A DNA stretch of 64,000 nt from Phoronis australis. Taxonomy: Eukaryota; Animalia; Phoronida. The notes under the pieces were generated by a model that saw only the letters and a program-made list of their open reading frames with translations, was not told where the DNA came from and ran no database searches. This document shows positions 15,020 through 27,330 of the stretch, in pieces (within the stretch, counting starts at the first letter, position 1; every line of letters starts with the position of its first letter). The stretch spans positions 1-64,000 of the forward strand of contig NMRA01000663.1 in the NCBI GenBank assembly GCA_002633005.1, given 5' to 3'. Both the position numbers and the translations under genes were made by a program.

Positions 15020-15231
15020 AGTAAGGGGGTTAGGATTCGAGCGAATCCGAGGCGAGTAGCGCCGAGCGGAAAGAAGGTCCGGAGAGGGTCCCCCCTCCCA
15101 TGTAAGATTTTTTGTGGTTTTTAGTAGCTGATTTCGTTTTTCGGGGGAAATTTTTTTCAATTTTTATTTTTGATCCTGTCCCGAGGGGGGGGGGTTGAAC
15201 CCCCTAAACTCCCCCTGTAGATCCGCCTCTG
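15020..15231. mobile_element. Partial MITE ending in ...ccccctgtagatccgcctctg (CAGRGGCGGATC-type terminus)
   Basis: The right end is the reverse complement of cagaggcggatctacagggg, the same terminus type as the elements at 33015 and 50174. The subterminal gggggggttgaaccccc is typical of these elements. Confidence 0.6.
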
Positions 15232-17759
15232 AGCTTGGATCAGTTACCGTTTTCGTAACTTTCTCATTACGTCAAAATTCAAAGGTTCATACATTTACAA
15301 CAGAGTATACATTGATAGCAAAGCCTTGTACAAAGTACAATTTCATAGTCTTGAGATCGGTAGTTGTATTCAACATTTTCACGATAGGTGACTTTAAGAT
15401 GGCATAAATTTTGCAGATACGTAATATTCAATGGGTCTTCGGCTGTAGGAGCTTAAAAAGGTTTTCGCGAGTACATTTACCTGACAATTGTATCTTGACA
15501 ATTGTATCTCACCTCCTTCAATGGGTTTAACTACTTCAAGTTACACTGAGTGCAGGTTCACCAACAAGATTATTAATCCTTGGAATCCTGCTTCCCACAA
15601 CAGCGAGCGTCGATTTTCCCGATTAAATATTACGAAGCGTCACAAAAACTGAGGTCTTGAAGTCAGGCAAGTTAACACATCTTGTGTTTTTTAGGTTAGT
15701 ATACTGTATTCTGAATGAAGCATATATATTTTGCATATATATATTTGTTCTCTGCCCGGGTGATAGTCCATCAATACGAATGAAATCTATGTGTACTAAT
15801 TGGCCACTTTTAATACCAGAATCAAATTTTTGAAGTCATCGAACGAAAGCTGAGACCATAATAGCCTTGATGATAACAGAACGGGCACGAAAATAACGCC
15901 AGAAATTTTTTATCAAAAATGCCGTATAGCTACACGTACAAAAGCCTCTCAGAATTTCGACCAATGCTCTTTCTAGTCCAAGTCCTCGAATCTCCAAAAT
16001 TCAGCACGGAACTTTTTAGAAACTGTTGGATAGTCTGGCACAAAAGAACAATACAAATACGATTAAAATGGATGACGACCGAGAGCGCTCAGTCCGCTTG
16101 CTGTATAGGCCCTCTATCTTAGGCAAGTTTCTCAGACGCAAGAATCTCACGACCGAAGCTTGTGTGAACAGCTGCTTAGCGTGTAATATGTATATCGCAA
16201 GTCTTGCGTGATCTTGTGTTTTCGACAGGTTGCCACGTCTACGAAACACATGCAGTAACTTCAAAATACTTCAGCTTTGTTCCAAGGCTAGACTGAAGGG
16301 GATCAGGAACATTCCAGAACTAAGTGGGGCATGACTTGTTGGCAACTGGAAGTGAGTGTTGAGCGCTGTAGGTCATAGGCTCAGAAAGCTGGGAAACTGA
16401 GGAGAGGCGAGTGTGCGAGTGCCCCCTCAACCAAAATGTTGGAGGGCGGAACTAGGTTCCCGCCTCCCCAATATTCCGGGCGTTAATAAGTATCAATTAA
16501 TTAACAATTACTTATCAACAGTTTGGACACGTAAACTTTGTTTTGAAGTAAATTTCAAAATTTAACAGACTCNTGCCAAAAGCTATGCCAACGTAGGCAT
16601 AGGCGGATCTACAGAAAACGTAGAACTGCCACTGGTGGGTATAAGTATGACTATATATTTTCTAAATTTTAATGAGGCATAGGCTTACGTAGGCTGTATT
16701 TTAAAGCTTTGTATGCGTTATGCACCATGGCACGAAGAGACAAGTTCTTTCTCACACCGCTAATGCCAGTTCAACGATATTTTTATCTCTGTAGTGTAGG
16801 GCCGACTGCCATGACTGGTCTGAAGCTACGACCGACATTTAATAAAAGAAAATCCTTTTAACGGGTGGAAAGAGCTACAAATACCGTTATCAATTGCAGT
16901 TACTTACAAGCTGTAGCCGTATCCTCAGCTTTCGCAACCTGATGAGAGGTGTTTGACGGGGAAGAAGGAGCAGATTTCACTGAATGAATTTTTGTTTTAC
17001 TGTCCATATTGAATCCAAAACCATTTCTGTAAACTTGGACACTTTTTCTTATTTCTGCTGCAGCGTTTGCGCGCGGTGGTGCAATGCACGTGCATTTCCC
17101 TGCGTGTGGGATTTTTAAAGTTAGAATGTCCCAGCAGGTGGCGTGTCGTCAAGTATTATTACGTGCAATAGCGAATAGATGCGGTATCTGGTACACGCGT
17201 GTGTGTGTGTGTGTGTGCGCGCGCAGTTGGCTCCAATATGCATTTACATGTAGTTCGTAAGTCAACACTAGCGCATTATCAATTATCTTCTTTAGACCCA
17301 GTCTCATTATTTCCACACATGCGGATATTTCCAGACGAAAAAGCATGACATTACCTCAAAAGCAATAACAAACGACCTGCTTTTGATAACTTGTTCAGCT
17401 TTCCAGTATCGTAAACTGTTCCTTTATCGAAGTATTTTTAGGAGACTCACGAAATGTCGTCGATTTCCACGACATGCTGTTTGGCAGTTCTAAGCAAATG
17501 AGCTATTCTCGTTGGTTTTAGGTGAACCGATTCGTGGATGAGACGGTCTTTTTTACACAAATAAATGGCAATACATTAAATACAAATATTTAGCCCAGAA
17601 TGCAAGCCATTATATCCAGGCTTTTAACTATAAAACAATGACTTACTTAAGCGAAACAAAATATTGAGCAAAAATGCCAAAGGTAAAGAAAACAAAAAAA
17701 CAAGAACAAAATCATAGTCGGTCTCCCCACCTGGTGACTGGGATTCAATAGACCCACCC

Positions 17760-20492
17760 ACACGACTAGAAATTAATGCAGCAGTCACAATTATCCATGA
17801 ATAATTCATTTACTTAAGCAGCACTCTATAGGTCAAACAATAGAGGAATTGTGTAGACAGTGACTGCAAATGTTCTTGTACAAATTCCCTTGTCGGCGTG
17901 TGGTTGGGTGGTAGCAAAAATGTACGCGATGAATGTCGCATGACGTCACTTTTTGTTAAGGCTAGTCACGCTCTCTCGTGTCAAAAGTGAACTTTTTATT
18001 TAGATCACGTACTGTTTTGAAGCTGGTCTTAAATTGTCCCAAAGTCAGATTGGAGGTAATTTCTCAGAAAGAGCTAAAAGTTCGTTGCTGCTTAAGCTCG
18101 GCCAGTTCTCCTTGTTGTTGTAAAAACGAATATCGAATGAAGACTTTTGCTCTCATCAAATCTATCCAATAATATTCCTTACTGTAGTAGGATTTTGACG
18201 ACGGTGTTACCAGGAAGAGCATCGACTTAAGAATACGCTTCAGAGTTTGTTGGGGTCGGCCAACAGCGAATTACGGAGACTGGTGCTGTGACTTGACATG
18301 CCGGCTCATTTGGTATCAGTTTAAGATCAGATGTGCAGGAAATTTTTTTAAGCCCTAAATTGCTTTGGTTAAGGTTTCCACATCTACACAACGATTAAAT
18401 GCCCCATTAGGATCAGGCTCAGTAATACAAGCAAAATTGCCATGCCACAGAGGGTAATTTAAATGATGAGTGTTTGTTTAAAGTAAAAGGGAGCTGTCTA
18501 TTTTTCCCAAGTCAAAGCGTCCCTTCAAATCCAAGTAAGGAACAAGTTGTAGACCAATTTATAATGCTAAATAATCTGCGTCATCCCTTAGTATTTTGTT
18601 GATTGTTTAGCCGGCGGCATTATGTTTGTGTCTAATCGAAAAGTCCGTGTATTTAGCTAGTAAACATGAACAATAATTAAAAGTTAAGTATACTCAGTAG
18701 AAGGACATAATTTCTCAAAGTATTAAGTGCTAAGTACTAAGTAATAAGTACTAGGTCTGTAAGACTTGATTTTTGACTTTATGCCAATTTCCCATTAACT
18801 GGGTCACGTGACCATGTCATTCAGTGAAATTAGCAAAAAGAAAGGTATGTTCATAGCAAAGCAACGGTAAGAATATCATTACCAAATTTCGTTCGATATA
18901 ATTGATAATATTTAATTTGAAAAAATGTTGCTACAATTTGCTAAATTATGATGTCATTTGAGTTTTTCAGAAAAATCTTAATTTTTTTCTTCTTATAACC
19001 ACTCAAGTAAATGTGGACGTTTTAAAAACAATTTCTAAAAGCGTTTTGGAGAAAATTTCGTATTAATCCGATCAGCAATTTCTGAGACGTCATGTTCCGA
19101 ACTTTGGCAAATTCGGGCGTTTCGGCTCANACACGACTAGAAATTAATGCAGCAGTCACAATTATCCATGAATAATTCATTTACTTAAGCAGCACTCTAT
19201 AGGTCAAACAATAGAGGAATTGTGTAGACAGTGACTGCAAATGTTCTTGTACAAATTCCCTTGTCGGCGTGTGGTTGGGTGGTAGCAAAAATGTACGCGA
19301 TGAATGTCGCATGACGTCACTTTTTGTTAAGGCTAGTCACGCTCTCTCGTGTCAAAAGTGAACTTTTTATTTAGATCACGTACTGTTTTGAAACTGGTCT
19401 TAAATTGTCCCAAAGTCAGATTGGAGGTAATTTCTTAGAAAGAGCTAAGAGTTCGTTGCTGCTTAAGCTCGGCCAGTTCTCCTTGTTGTTGTAAAAACGA
19501 ATATCGAATGAAGACTTTTGCTCTCATCAAATCTATCCAATAATATTCCTTACCGTAGTAGGATTCTGACGACGGTGTTACCAGGAAGAGCATCGACTTA
19601 AGAATACGCTTCAGAGTTTGTTGGGGTCGGCTAACAGCGAATTACGGAGACTGGTGCTGTGACTTGACTTGCCGGCTCATTTGGTATCAGTTTAAGATCA
19701 GATGTGCAGGAAATTTTTTTAAGCCCTAAATTGCTTTGGTTAAGGTTTCCAGATCTACACAACGATTAAATGCCCCATTAGGATCAGGCTCAGTAATACA
19801 AGCAAAATTGCCATGCCACAGAGGGTAATTTAAATGATGAGTGTTTGTTTAAAGTAAAAGGGAGCTGTCTATTTTCCCCAAGTCAAAGCGTCCCTTCAAA
19901 TCCAAGTAAGGAACAAGTTGTAGATCAATTTATAATGCTAAATGATCTGCGTCATCCCTTAGTATTTTGTTGATTGTTTAGCCGGCGGCATTATGTTTTT
20001 GTCTAATCGACAAGTCCGTGTATTTAGCTAGTAAACATGAACAATAATTAATAGTTATGTATACTCAGTAAAAGGACATAATTTCTCAAAGTATTAAGTT
20101 CTAAGTACTAAGTAATAAGTACTAAGTCTGTAAGACTTGATTTTTGACTTTATGCCAATTTCCCATTAACTGGACCATGTCATTCAGTGAAATTAGCAGA
20201 AAGAAAGGTATGTTCATAGCAAAGCAACGGTAACAATATCATTACCAAATTTCGTTCGATATAATTGATAATATTTAATTTGAAAAAATGTTGCTATAAT
20301 TTGCTAAATTATGATGTCATTTGAGTTTTTCAGAAAAGTCTTAAATTTTTTCTTCTTATAACCACTCAAGTAAATGTGGACGTTTTAAAAACAATTTCTA
20401 AAAGCGTTTTGGAGAAAATTTCGTATTAATCCGATCAGCAATTTCTGAGACGTCATGTTCCGAACTTAGGCAAATTCGGGCGTTTCGGCTCA
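17760..20492. other. Head-to-tail ~1.37-kb near-identical duplication split by a single N (probable uncollapsed haplotypes)
   Basis: 17760-19129 and 19131-20492 both start acacgactagaaattaatgc and end gggcgtttcggctca. They differ by scattered SNPs and one 8-bp indel; the junction is N at 19130. Confidence 0.9.
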
Positions 20493-22687
20493 TTGATGCG
20501 TTTGATCATATTTGTATTAATAACAGGGGTCAAAAATGCTTGCCTAATGTGTTTGTGAAGTTCGCAGGTTTTCTGCGTTTGGTGTTCTTCGGTCTTGTAA
20601 AGTCAGATAAACGATAGCTTGCGACATCCATGCGACGTCGTTTGGAATGGATAGCTGACCGTCGCGCTGTTATACCTAAAACTTTGCAAATGCAACCTTG
20701 TAATTGCGACAATTTGAGCAGAACTTTGAATCACAAGCTATCGTCATTTGGCTCTGTTGTGGCAATTGGTGGCGGTTATATGAGCTGCCGCAACCCTAAT
20801 CCTGAAATTGCTACGATTTCTGCAAGCCTTCAAAGCATAAATTGTCGCTATACAAACTGTGACAGTTNCCCCCCCCCCCCCCATGCAAATGTCCGAGGAC
20901 CGGGGAATGGGGTAGCTCGAGGTGATCTCAAGAGATCTCGTTACCTCTTACGAGCCACGAGATTGAAAGGAATTATGGTAATGTCACCAGATTAATGATC
21001 CCGGCGATGAAGACGATAGCTGTGACAAAAGACAGTACGAAGGTTGACAAAATGCCAAAGTGGACAGCAATTTCCATATTGGTGGTGATAATTTCAATGC
21101 AAAAATATGGAAGCGACATAACACAGAATGAAAACAGATGGAAAGTGAGACCAAAAACTGACTTTGGCTTGTTTGTGCTTTCGAAGGTTTGTACAAACTG
21201 TCGCAGTCGGAGGGTAACGACAGTTTATGGAACACCAAAAGGTTGTGACAATGAAAATTGTGGCAGTTTTTCTTCGGAGTTCTGAATTAATTGTAGCAAT
21301 TTTAGGAATTGGAGAACTGTTATAGAATTGTCATAATTTGAGTAGTAAAAAACAAACTCCTATTCAACAAATGCGATGTTCAATGTGAAAGTTGACCCCG
21401 GAATGTCAGCTCGTAAGTAGTATTGCAAGTCATAATGACTCATTATCTTTCCACTGTTTTTGAAACCTGTTATGCTGAACAGCGAAAATGAAAATAACGA
21501 TTTGTTATTGCGTACAGCCCAGTTCAATGTATTTCATGTGTCATTGGCAGTTCATGGCTTTATCGCAGATGACGATGTTGGTAACCCACTTACTGCGGTC
21601 ATAGACTGCCTAGTAAACATGTCTTCCAAGTTTGAAGTTCCGATATTCGGACAAAACAAAGGAATATTTTTAAGTATTCTGTGTCAGTGAAGCTCGATTT
21701 ATCCGTTGGAAGTCAGTAATTGTATATTAAATCAATATTGACGGTTTACAAAAATAGAAAGATGTATGATGAAAATGTACTAAGAATGATGTCACAGTAG
21801 AGGAGAACAATAAAGATGCAATTAAATACATGCACAGGCACAAGGGTCGGTAGCCTGCATAAAATCCAAGTGATTCAGCATTTGGTTTGCAAAATAAACG
21901 ACAAATTATGAATTTCAAAAATTGTCATTGACCCACCATGTGATATGGTCGGTGCTCGTGGAACACAGGATGGTAATCTTGCCTATTGCTGGTCGCCGTC
22001 AGCGTTGCCTTGAGGCGGAAATAGCAACCTGGAAAGAAAATTAGTTAAACTGGAAATTAGACCTTTTATTCGAATAAATTCGGTCTCGTGACATTCCTTG
22101 GCGTGACACGGTTTCTAGTTCTGTAACCAACAAGAGAATCGAAATCATCAGAGGATCAAGAAAACGCTTCAGAATTTATTAGGGTTGGTGAACTCTAAAA
22201 TTATGAATTCGAAAATGACGCATATGCGCATTGCCAGTGCAAAAGAGGTTGGATTTTCAAAAGGGCTTACGGTAACGGACTGTAACTTAAGAAATTGTAG
22301 GCATAAAAGGACATTGTACGCAATGGCGCATTATTCACTAAAAGAATCATCGGGTGAGTATAGTTACATACAAGCATAGGTGTTCCGATTGGGAAGACAG
22401 CTGAACTACAGTGTACAAGAAATACGAACAACAGGCAATCACAGATGCAGGACCGGGGTCGTTATTTAAACTATGAAAATGAGAATGAAAAAACTCAGAA
22501 TTTTGTTTACCATATTGTAATAGTGGACCGGCAGCAACTTTAAATCTGTACTGAACTTGAATGTGTCAAAGTCTTATGTGTGTGTAACATGTGATGGTCA
22601 AGCAAAGTGTGTATGGCATTCGTTTTTTCTCCGAGTTATTATTGAAACACGCGTAGTCACTCGGTATCAGGCATTCACATTTACATA

Positions 22688-22732
22688 GGGGTCAGGGGTG
22701 AAGGGGTTAGGGGTGAAGGGGTCAGGGGTGAA
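22688..22732 (+). repeat. 15-bp x3 minisatellite with six GGGG runs (G-quadruplex-forming motif)
   Basis: ggggtcaggggtgaaggggttaggggtgaaggggtcaggggtgaa. Confidence 0.8.
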
Positions 22733-23526
22733 GTGTTTGGTGCTGAAACTGAATCCTTTATGCATCATCAATATGGAGTTCGCAATATTTTTAGCAAGAT
22801 ACTTGGAAATCCGTAGGGGCTTTGTGCAAAACCTTACTGAGTGCATCCTGAACGTGCAAGTGTACTTTTGGCACTTCTTTGTCTTATTTGTTTGTTTGTT
22901 TTAAGCGTCTTTTGTTAGGGTGGCCAGAAATTATCATAGCTATTTCTGTATGATGACTTCTTTATTTTGCCTTTTTCAGTTGGGTGGAATTAATTTCAAT
23001 CCAGTTGTGTTTTAGTTTTTAAATCTAATTTAATTTAACTATTCCTTCAAAGTAAAAGTTCCCTCTTAGTGTATTTCCTGAAAGAAATTTCAAGGTAAAC
23101 CAAAAGAGTTGTAGTACATTGTTTAACTTGTACTTATTTTAGATTTATTGGAAAAAAATCGACTGGTCAGGCCGCTCTCACAAAATACAAGCAGTAAAAG
23201 TAAATTAATAAAATTGTATTATATGTCTTTTATACGTTTTAGTTTTAGCCTATTTAGATAAAAATCGCGCAAGAAATGTTCAATGTTCTGACTTCTATGC
23301 TTTTACATTCAGCATTGGCATCAATCTCGTTTATTGTAAGGGCACCCATTTTCCAGCAGTACGTAGAATTCCGCGAAAATTTGTTGACGACTGGTTTCAC
23401 GCGACTGGTTGTATTTGTCGAAATCAAAACAGCTTTATCAAGCAGTTCTGCTTGAAATAGAAGAAATTAGAATATGAAGTAAAGAACCATTTTTGCACCA
23501 GGCATCATCAGTTAAAGAAAATCAGA

Positions 23527-25173
23527 ATGACGGTGTGCCATTTGGTGATGAGTTTACTCGTCTTGTCTCAATTCATAAACGGTAGAAGCGAAAATGTGAC
23601 AAAGTTCTCTACCACTACCGCAGATAACCGACATCGAACTGACACCAGTCTGCCTTCTGCAAGGATCATTTCTAAGCTTCTAAACATCTTCAACTCAGTG
23701 CACTTACCACCAAAAGTCAATTCAAAAGGACAGGACATTGCGAGTAGAAGAGATAATTCTAGTTCGCGGATTCCGGAAATTGCAAACGGTTCTAGCACGA
23801 TTTTCAGCGAAGATTCGTCACGTCGGACGATTGTCGCCAACAACATAACCACCGTAAAAGTACCACCGATACAGGAAAGAGGTTCGCCCTTTTCTTTAGA
23901 AGAATACGAGAAAAGGGTAAGTGAGCAGAACGTTAAACAGGAGTCGAAGAATCAAATTACTGTCGATGACAACCCAGCAATCAACGTCTCAACACCGCAG
24001 ATAATGGAAAGAGATCAGCCCTTTTTCTTCGATAGTGCAGGTGAGGAAAGTTCAACTCAAGAAGTCGCAGAACGTTTCGAATTTAGAGAGTCTATGCTGA
24101 ATCCCAAATTTACGGATGGATTGACAGACACAGAAATAGACGAATTTATGGGGTCAGATAACTGTTCGGTTCCCGTGAGCCGCTCGTTCAATTTTGCTTG
24201 CATTGGTAATGGTTCGTGTCGTGCTTTCAACTGGAAAGATAACATTCAAAATTTGACGTGTTGCGTTCGCAAAGAATTAGAAGATGTAAAATTTACTTGG
24301 TTTAAGGATGACGCTAAACTTATTATTTTGCGCCACACTTATTACGAGGAGAAATTGAGAAACAACACATGCAGTAGATTGCGTATATATGATGACAATT
24401 TCATAAATGTATATGGAAAATACTCATGCGAAGTTGCAAGCGGCGCACGGACGGCTCAAGCTAACATCAGCCTCGTGAAGGCCGTACAACCACCAGCGCC
24501 ATTGGTTGAGATCTACAAAAGATTCAAAAAGGGCATCTGCATGAAAATACAAAGCGCTGATGTTTATGGGCTTCCGGTAATCTCTTTTCGCGTACGTTGG
24601 GGCAACAGCAGTGAAGTTATAGTCAACGGTCGTAAGCGTTACACTTTCATCGGCAATCTTACCCGGTCGACCAGGTATATATTCACTGTTCGTGCCGAAA
24701 ACATTGCCTTCACGAGTCTACCCGCTTCCATTATCGCACATACTCTCGGCAGTTCGCCCTCACCTTACGGTATAGCTCCGGTGGAAATTGGTTTGCTGAT
24801 ATTCGGGGCGGCAGGGTTTTGTGTCTTCATCTTCGTCGATTGGATGTACAACTACCGCAGAGAGCGAGGCTGTATGAATGCCTGTTGTAAACTGTTTGGC
24901 TGTCGAGTAGAAGAGGAACGGTCGCCAAGACCACAGCCGTTGCCCTCACCGCTGCCGTCGTCGGCCCAGTCGTCGCCTCCGTTGCCGCCGCCTCCTCCAC
25001 CGCCACCTCCGCCACCTCCGCCACCTCCTCCGCGACAACCGGCTGCACCAAGAAAAACTATGCCCGGGGAAAGAAACGCCAAAAACGAACCTATATTGCT
25101 TTCTTACGAGGCTTTCAAATCTGCTGCCGAGGATGTGGGAAGAGGCCATTTGGAAACTGAATCAAGTTGCTGA
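23527..25173 (+). CDS. Single-exon type I membrane protein, NCAM/Fasciclin II-like (signal peptide, S/T-rich stalk, 1 Ig, 1 FN3, TM, polyproline cytoplasmic tail), 548 aa
   Basis: Hydrophobic N-terminus. Ig core NLTCC..FTWFKD..YGKYSCEV; Ig-FN3 junction ISLVKAVQPPAP (cf. NCAM FILVQADTPSSP). FN3 GLPVISFRVRW..IGNLTRSTRYIFTVRAEN. TM ends FVDWMYNYRRERGCMNACC (cf. NCAM VVDITCYFLNKCGLFMC). Splice acceptor ttttgcaccag ends at 23501, just upstream of the ATG; AATAAA at 25183 and 25234. Confidence 0.9.
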   Translation: MTVCHLVMSLLVLSQFINGRSENVTKFSTTTADNRHRTDTSLPSARIISKLLNIFNSVHLPPKVNSKGQDIASRRDNSSSRIPEIANGSSTIFSEDSSRRTIVANNITTVKVPPIQERGSPFSLEEYEKRVSEQNVKQESKNQITVDDNPAINVSTPQIMERDQPFFFDSAGEESSTQEVAERFEFRESMLNPKFTDGLTDTEIDEFMGSDNCSVPVSRSFNFACIGNGSCRAFNWKDNIQNLTCCVRKELEDVKFTWFKDDAKLIILRHTYYEEKLRNNTCSRLRIYDDNFINVYGKYSCEVASGARTAQANISLVKAVQPPAPLVEIYKRFKKGICMKIQSADVYGLPVISFRVRWGNSSEVIVNGRKRYTFIGNLTRSTRYIFTVRAENIAFTSLPASIIAHTLGSSPSPYGIAPVEIGLLIFGAAGFCVFIFVDWMYNYRRERGCMNACCKLFGCRVEEERSPRPQPLPSPLPSSAQSSPPLPPPPPPPPPPPPPPPPRQPAAPRKTMPGERNAKNEPILLSYEAFKSAAEDVGRGHLETESSC

Positions 25174-25650
25174 ACTGGAAAAAATAAAGATCAAAAGTCA
25201 GTTCGTATATTGGTTGTAAAGTGAACAAAATGAAATAAAAATACGCAAAATTAAATTGCTCTCTAAACTGGTCAATCGTTGTGGGGTGTTGCGGCACTTA
25301 CACGCTTCCATAGTTGTTGCACTTGGCTTGCCCAAATTATTTAGCGCTTATAGCTTATTTAAAACCACAAACTCCTCCATAGTATTCCTCATGCACCACA
25401 TTTTCACGGACACGTTTTGTTGATAACGAACCACAATTCCTTTCCGATGAACAACATTTTTTGTGAACAAGGGTTCGTGCTCATGGTAACCAGACAGGTG
25501 TCAAAGGACGTACTGTATCAGTAAACAGACTAGACAAACCAGACGCAAGATTTCATCGACGTTTCTACAGTCTATACAGAGATTTTCATGATTCGCTACT
25601 TTGCGCCATTAGCGCATGAAAAAAATAATAAAAATCCACGCTTTTTGTAA

Positions 25651-25875
25651 TCAGGTGCGCCCAAAGGGCACACATTCAAACCAGGTCGGGAATATCCCTG
25701 TTAGACGTGAAAATGATTCTGTTCTTATTTCTGTTGCACTTGGGGTTTGTTTCGTAAGTCACCAATTTGATTACACTAAGTCTGCTGGGCACAACTTTTT
25801 TGAAAAGGCACACTTCTTACCATCAGGTGCACCCAAAGGGTACAGGCTCAAACCTGGCCAGGTATATACCTGTGT
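25651..25875. repeat. Two diverged ~50-bp direct repeats about 172 bp apart
   Basis: tcaggtgcgcccaaagggcacacattcaaaccaggtcgggaatatccctgt vs tcaggtgcacccaaagggtacaggctcaaacctggccaggtatatacctgt. Confidence 0.7.
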
Positions 25876-26109
25876 ATGTATCTTTTGTTTTCCCAGCTCA
25901 GATGAGCAAGGATCTGGGATTCCTTGCCTTACTTTACAATCGGTTTGTAGGATTTAACTAAAATGAATTATAAACCCGAGCTGGGTTTTATAAACAAAAA
26001 ATCATGTAACAAGGAGTATCTAGAATAGCCTGTAATTCACGATTTCTGGCGAAGATAGAGAATAGTGATTTACAAGATGTAGCTTCATGTTTCATAGTGG
26101 GTCACTATT

Positions 26110-26950
26110 TGAATAAATGTATAATTCCTCGGAGCATTACAATATAGATCCATTTCTTTTTGCAATATAGTTAAATATGGAGGTTTAACTCTGAGGCGTT
26201 GCTTGTATAAGTGAAATTTGCAAAGGCATAAAAGTAAGTCTTGCACTGGGTGGTTTCTCATCTTTTGCCCAAAAGAACAGTAACTACATTAGTAGCCAGA
26301 GAGATATAGGTTCTATTGTAACCCAGTGTTCCAAAAANACCAGCGAGAAATTACTAACATCAATTTTCACAAGATAAGAATTGCAACTGACAATTCTATG
26401 AGACAGTCAAAATTGAAACCACCGAAACTTCACATCAATATTTATGTTTACATTTGTAATCAGAAGTAGCATGGGCTCGGTTTGCCATTTCATCTCAGAA
26501 CTAGGTCAATATTTACGAAACTCAAAACAATTGTATGTATGAATGTTTTGTCCCTTTTTTATCTTCAAGCAAAAGTTTTGACAAAAACTAGAATAAAAGA
26601 TGCACATAAGAGAAAATTGTGTCGTTTTAAATGTTTCCATTTCCAACAAATTGCATTCTCTGAGGCCATGATATTTCAGAAAACCTAGATCTAAAATTGA
26701 ATTTTTTACAAAAGCCGCCATCTAACGAAAATAAACGCCCGTCCTCGTCCAATAGATCTGAGATGTAACTTATGCCCTTTCCATACCAATTCCTCCAAAA
26801 TAGAGCCATTGAAATTACATATCAGTGAGATTGCCTGGGACGCTATTTCATGTTGATCAATGATACTTGAGAATTCATAAAGAAAATCAAATATTTCCTT
26901 CCAAAAAGGATCTGAGTGTGGGTAGCAACATGTTTATAGGAGTAGTTCCC
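26110..26950 (-). mobile_element. Degraded 3' fragment of an L1/Tx1-clade non-LTR retrotransposon ORF2
   Basis: Frameshifted pieces read DPFWKEIFDFL, LFWRNWYGKGISYISDLLDEDGRLFS, FLKYHGLREC and DLLLCLCKFHLYKQRLRVKP. These motifs are characteristic of the post-RT C-terminal region of L1/Tx1 ORF2. Confidence 0.75.
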
Positions 26951-27330
26951 AAATTTTAGATTTTAAGTTGATGCTTACTCCGTATTATGCTAACTTTCGA
27001 TCTTAGCTTAGACCGATTTCGGCCATAATTTTGGTCCTATGAAATAGGGCTAAGCCATTTAGGTCTTCGGTTATCCCAATTTCGGTCTAAATAGTGACAA
27101 AAAAGTTTAATGGAGCTGGCCCCTGATCAACAACGCCGAAATATTGTTCAGTTCTTAATTTAAGTTTGATTTAGTCAAGAAAACTGCATTAATTTGAGGC
27201 AACTCACATGGTTTGAAAACTGACAACAATGCTCGATGTAAACAATATTATGAGGATAGTTCATCATACAAATAGTGTTCGTGAGAGTATATCCGAGGTA
27301 TTGATTAGATGACAGGAGATTAGCATTCGT

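Noticed and set aside
20970-21285. Hydrophobic minus-strand frame and 96-aa plus ORF
   Set aside because: No family resemblance or splice support; lies in repeat-like sequence rich in gcgacaa/tgtcgc motifs.
23568-25297. Antisense ORFs overlapping the NCAM-like CDS (poly-Gly, poly-Arg)
   Set aside because: Shadows of the sense codons and the poly-Pro tract.
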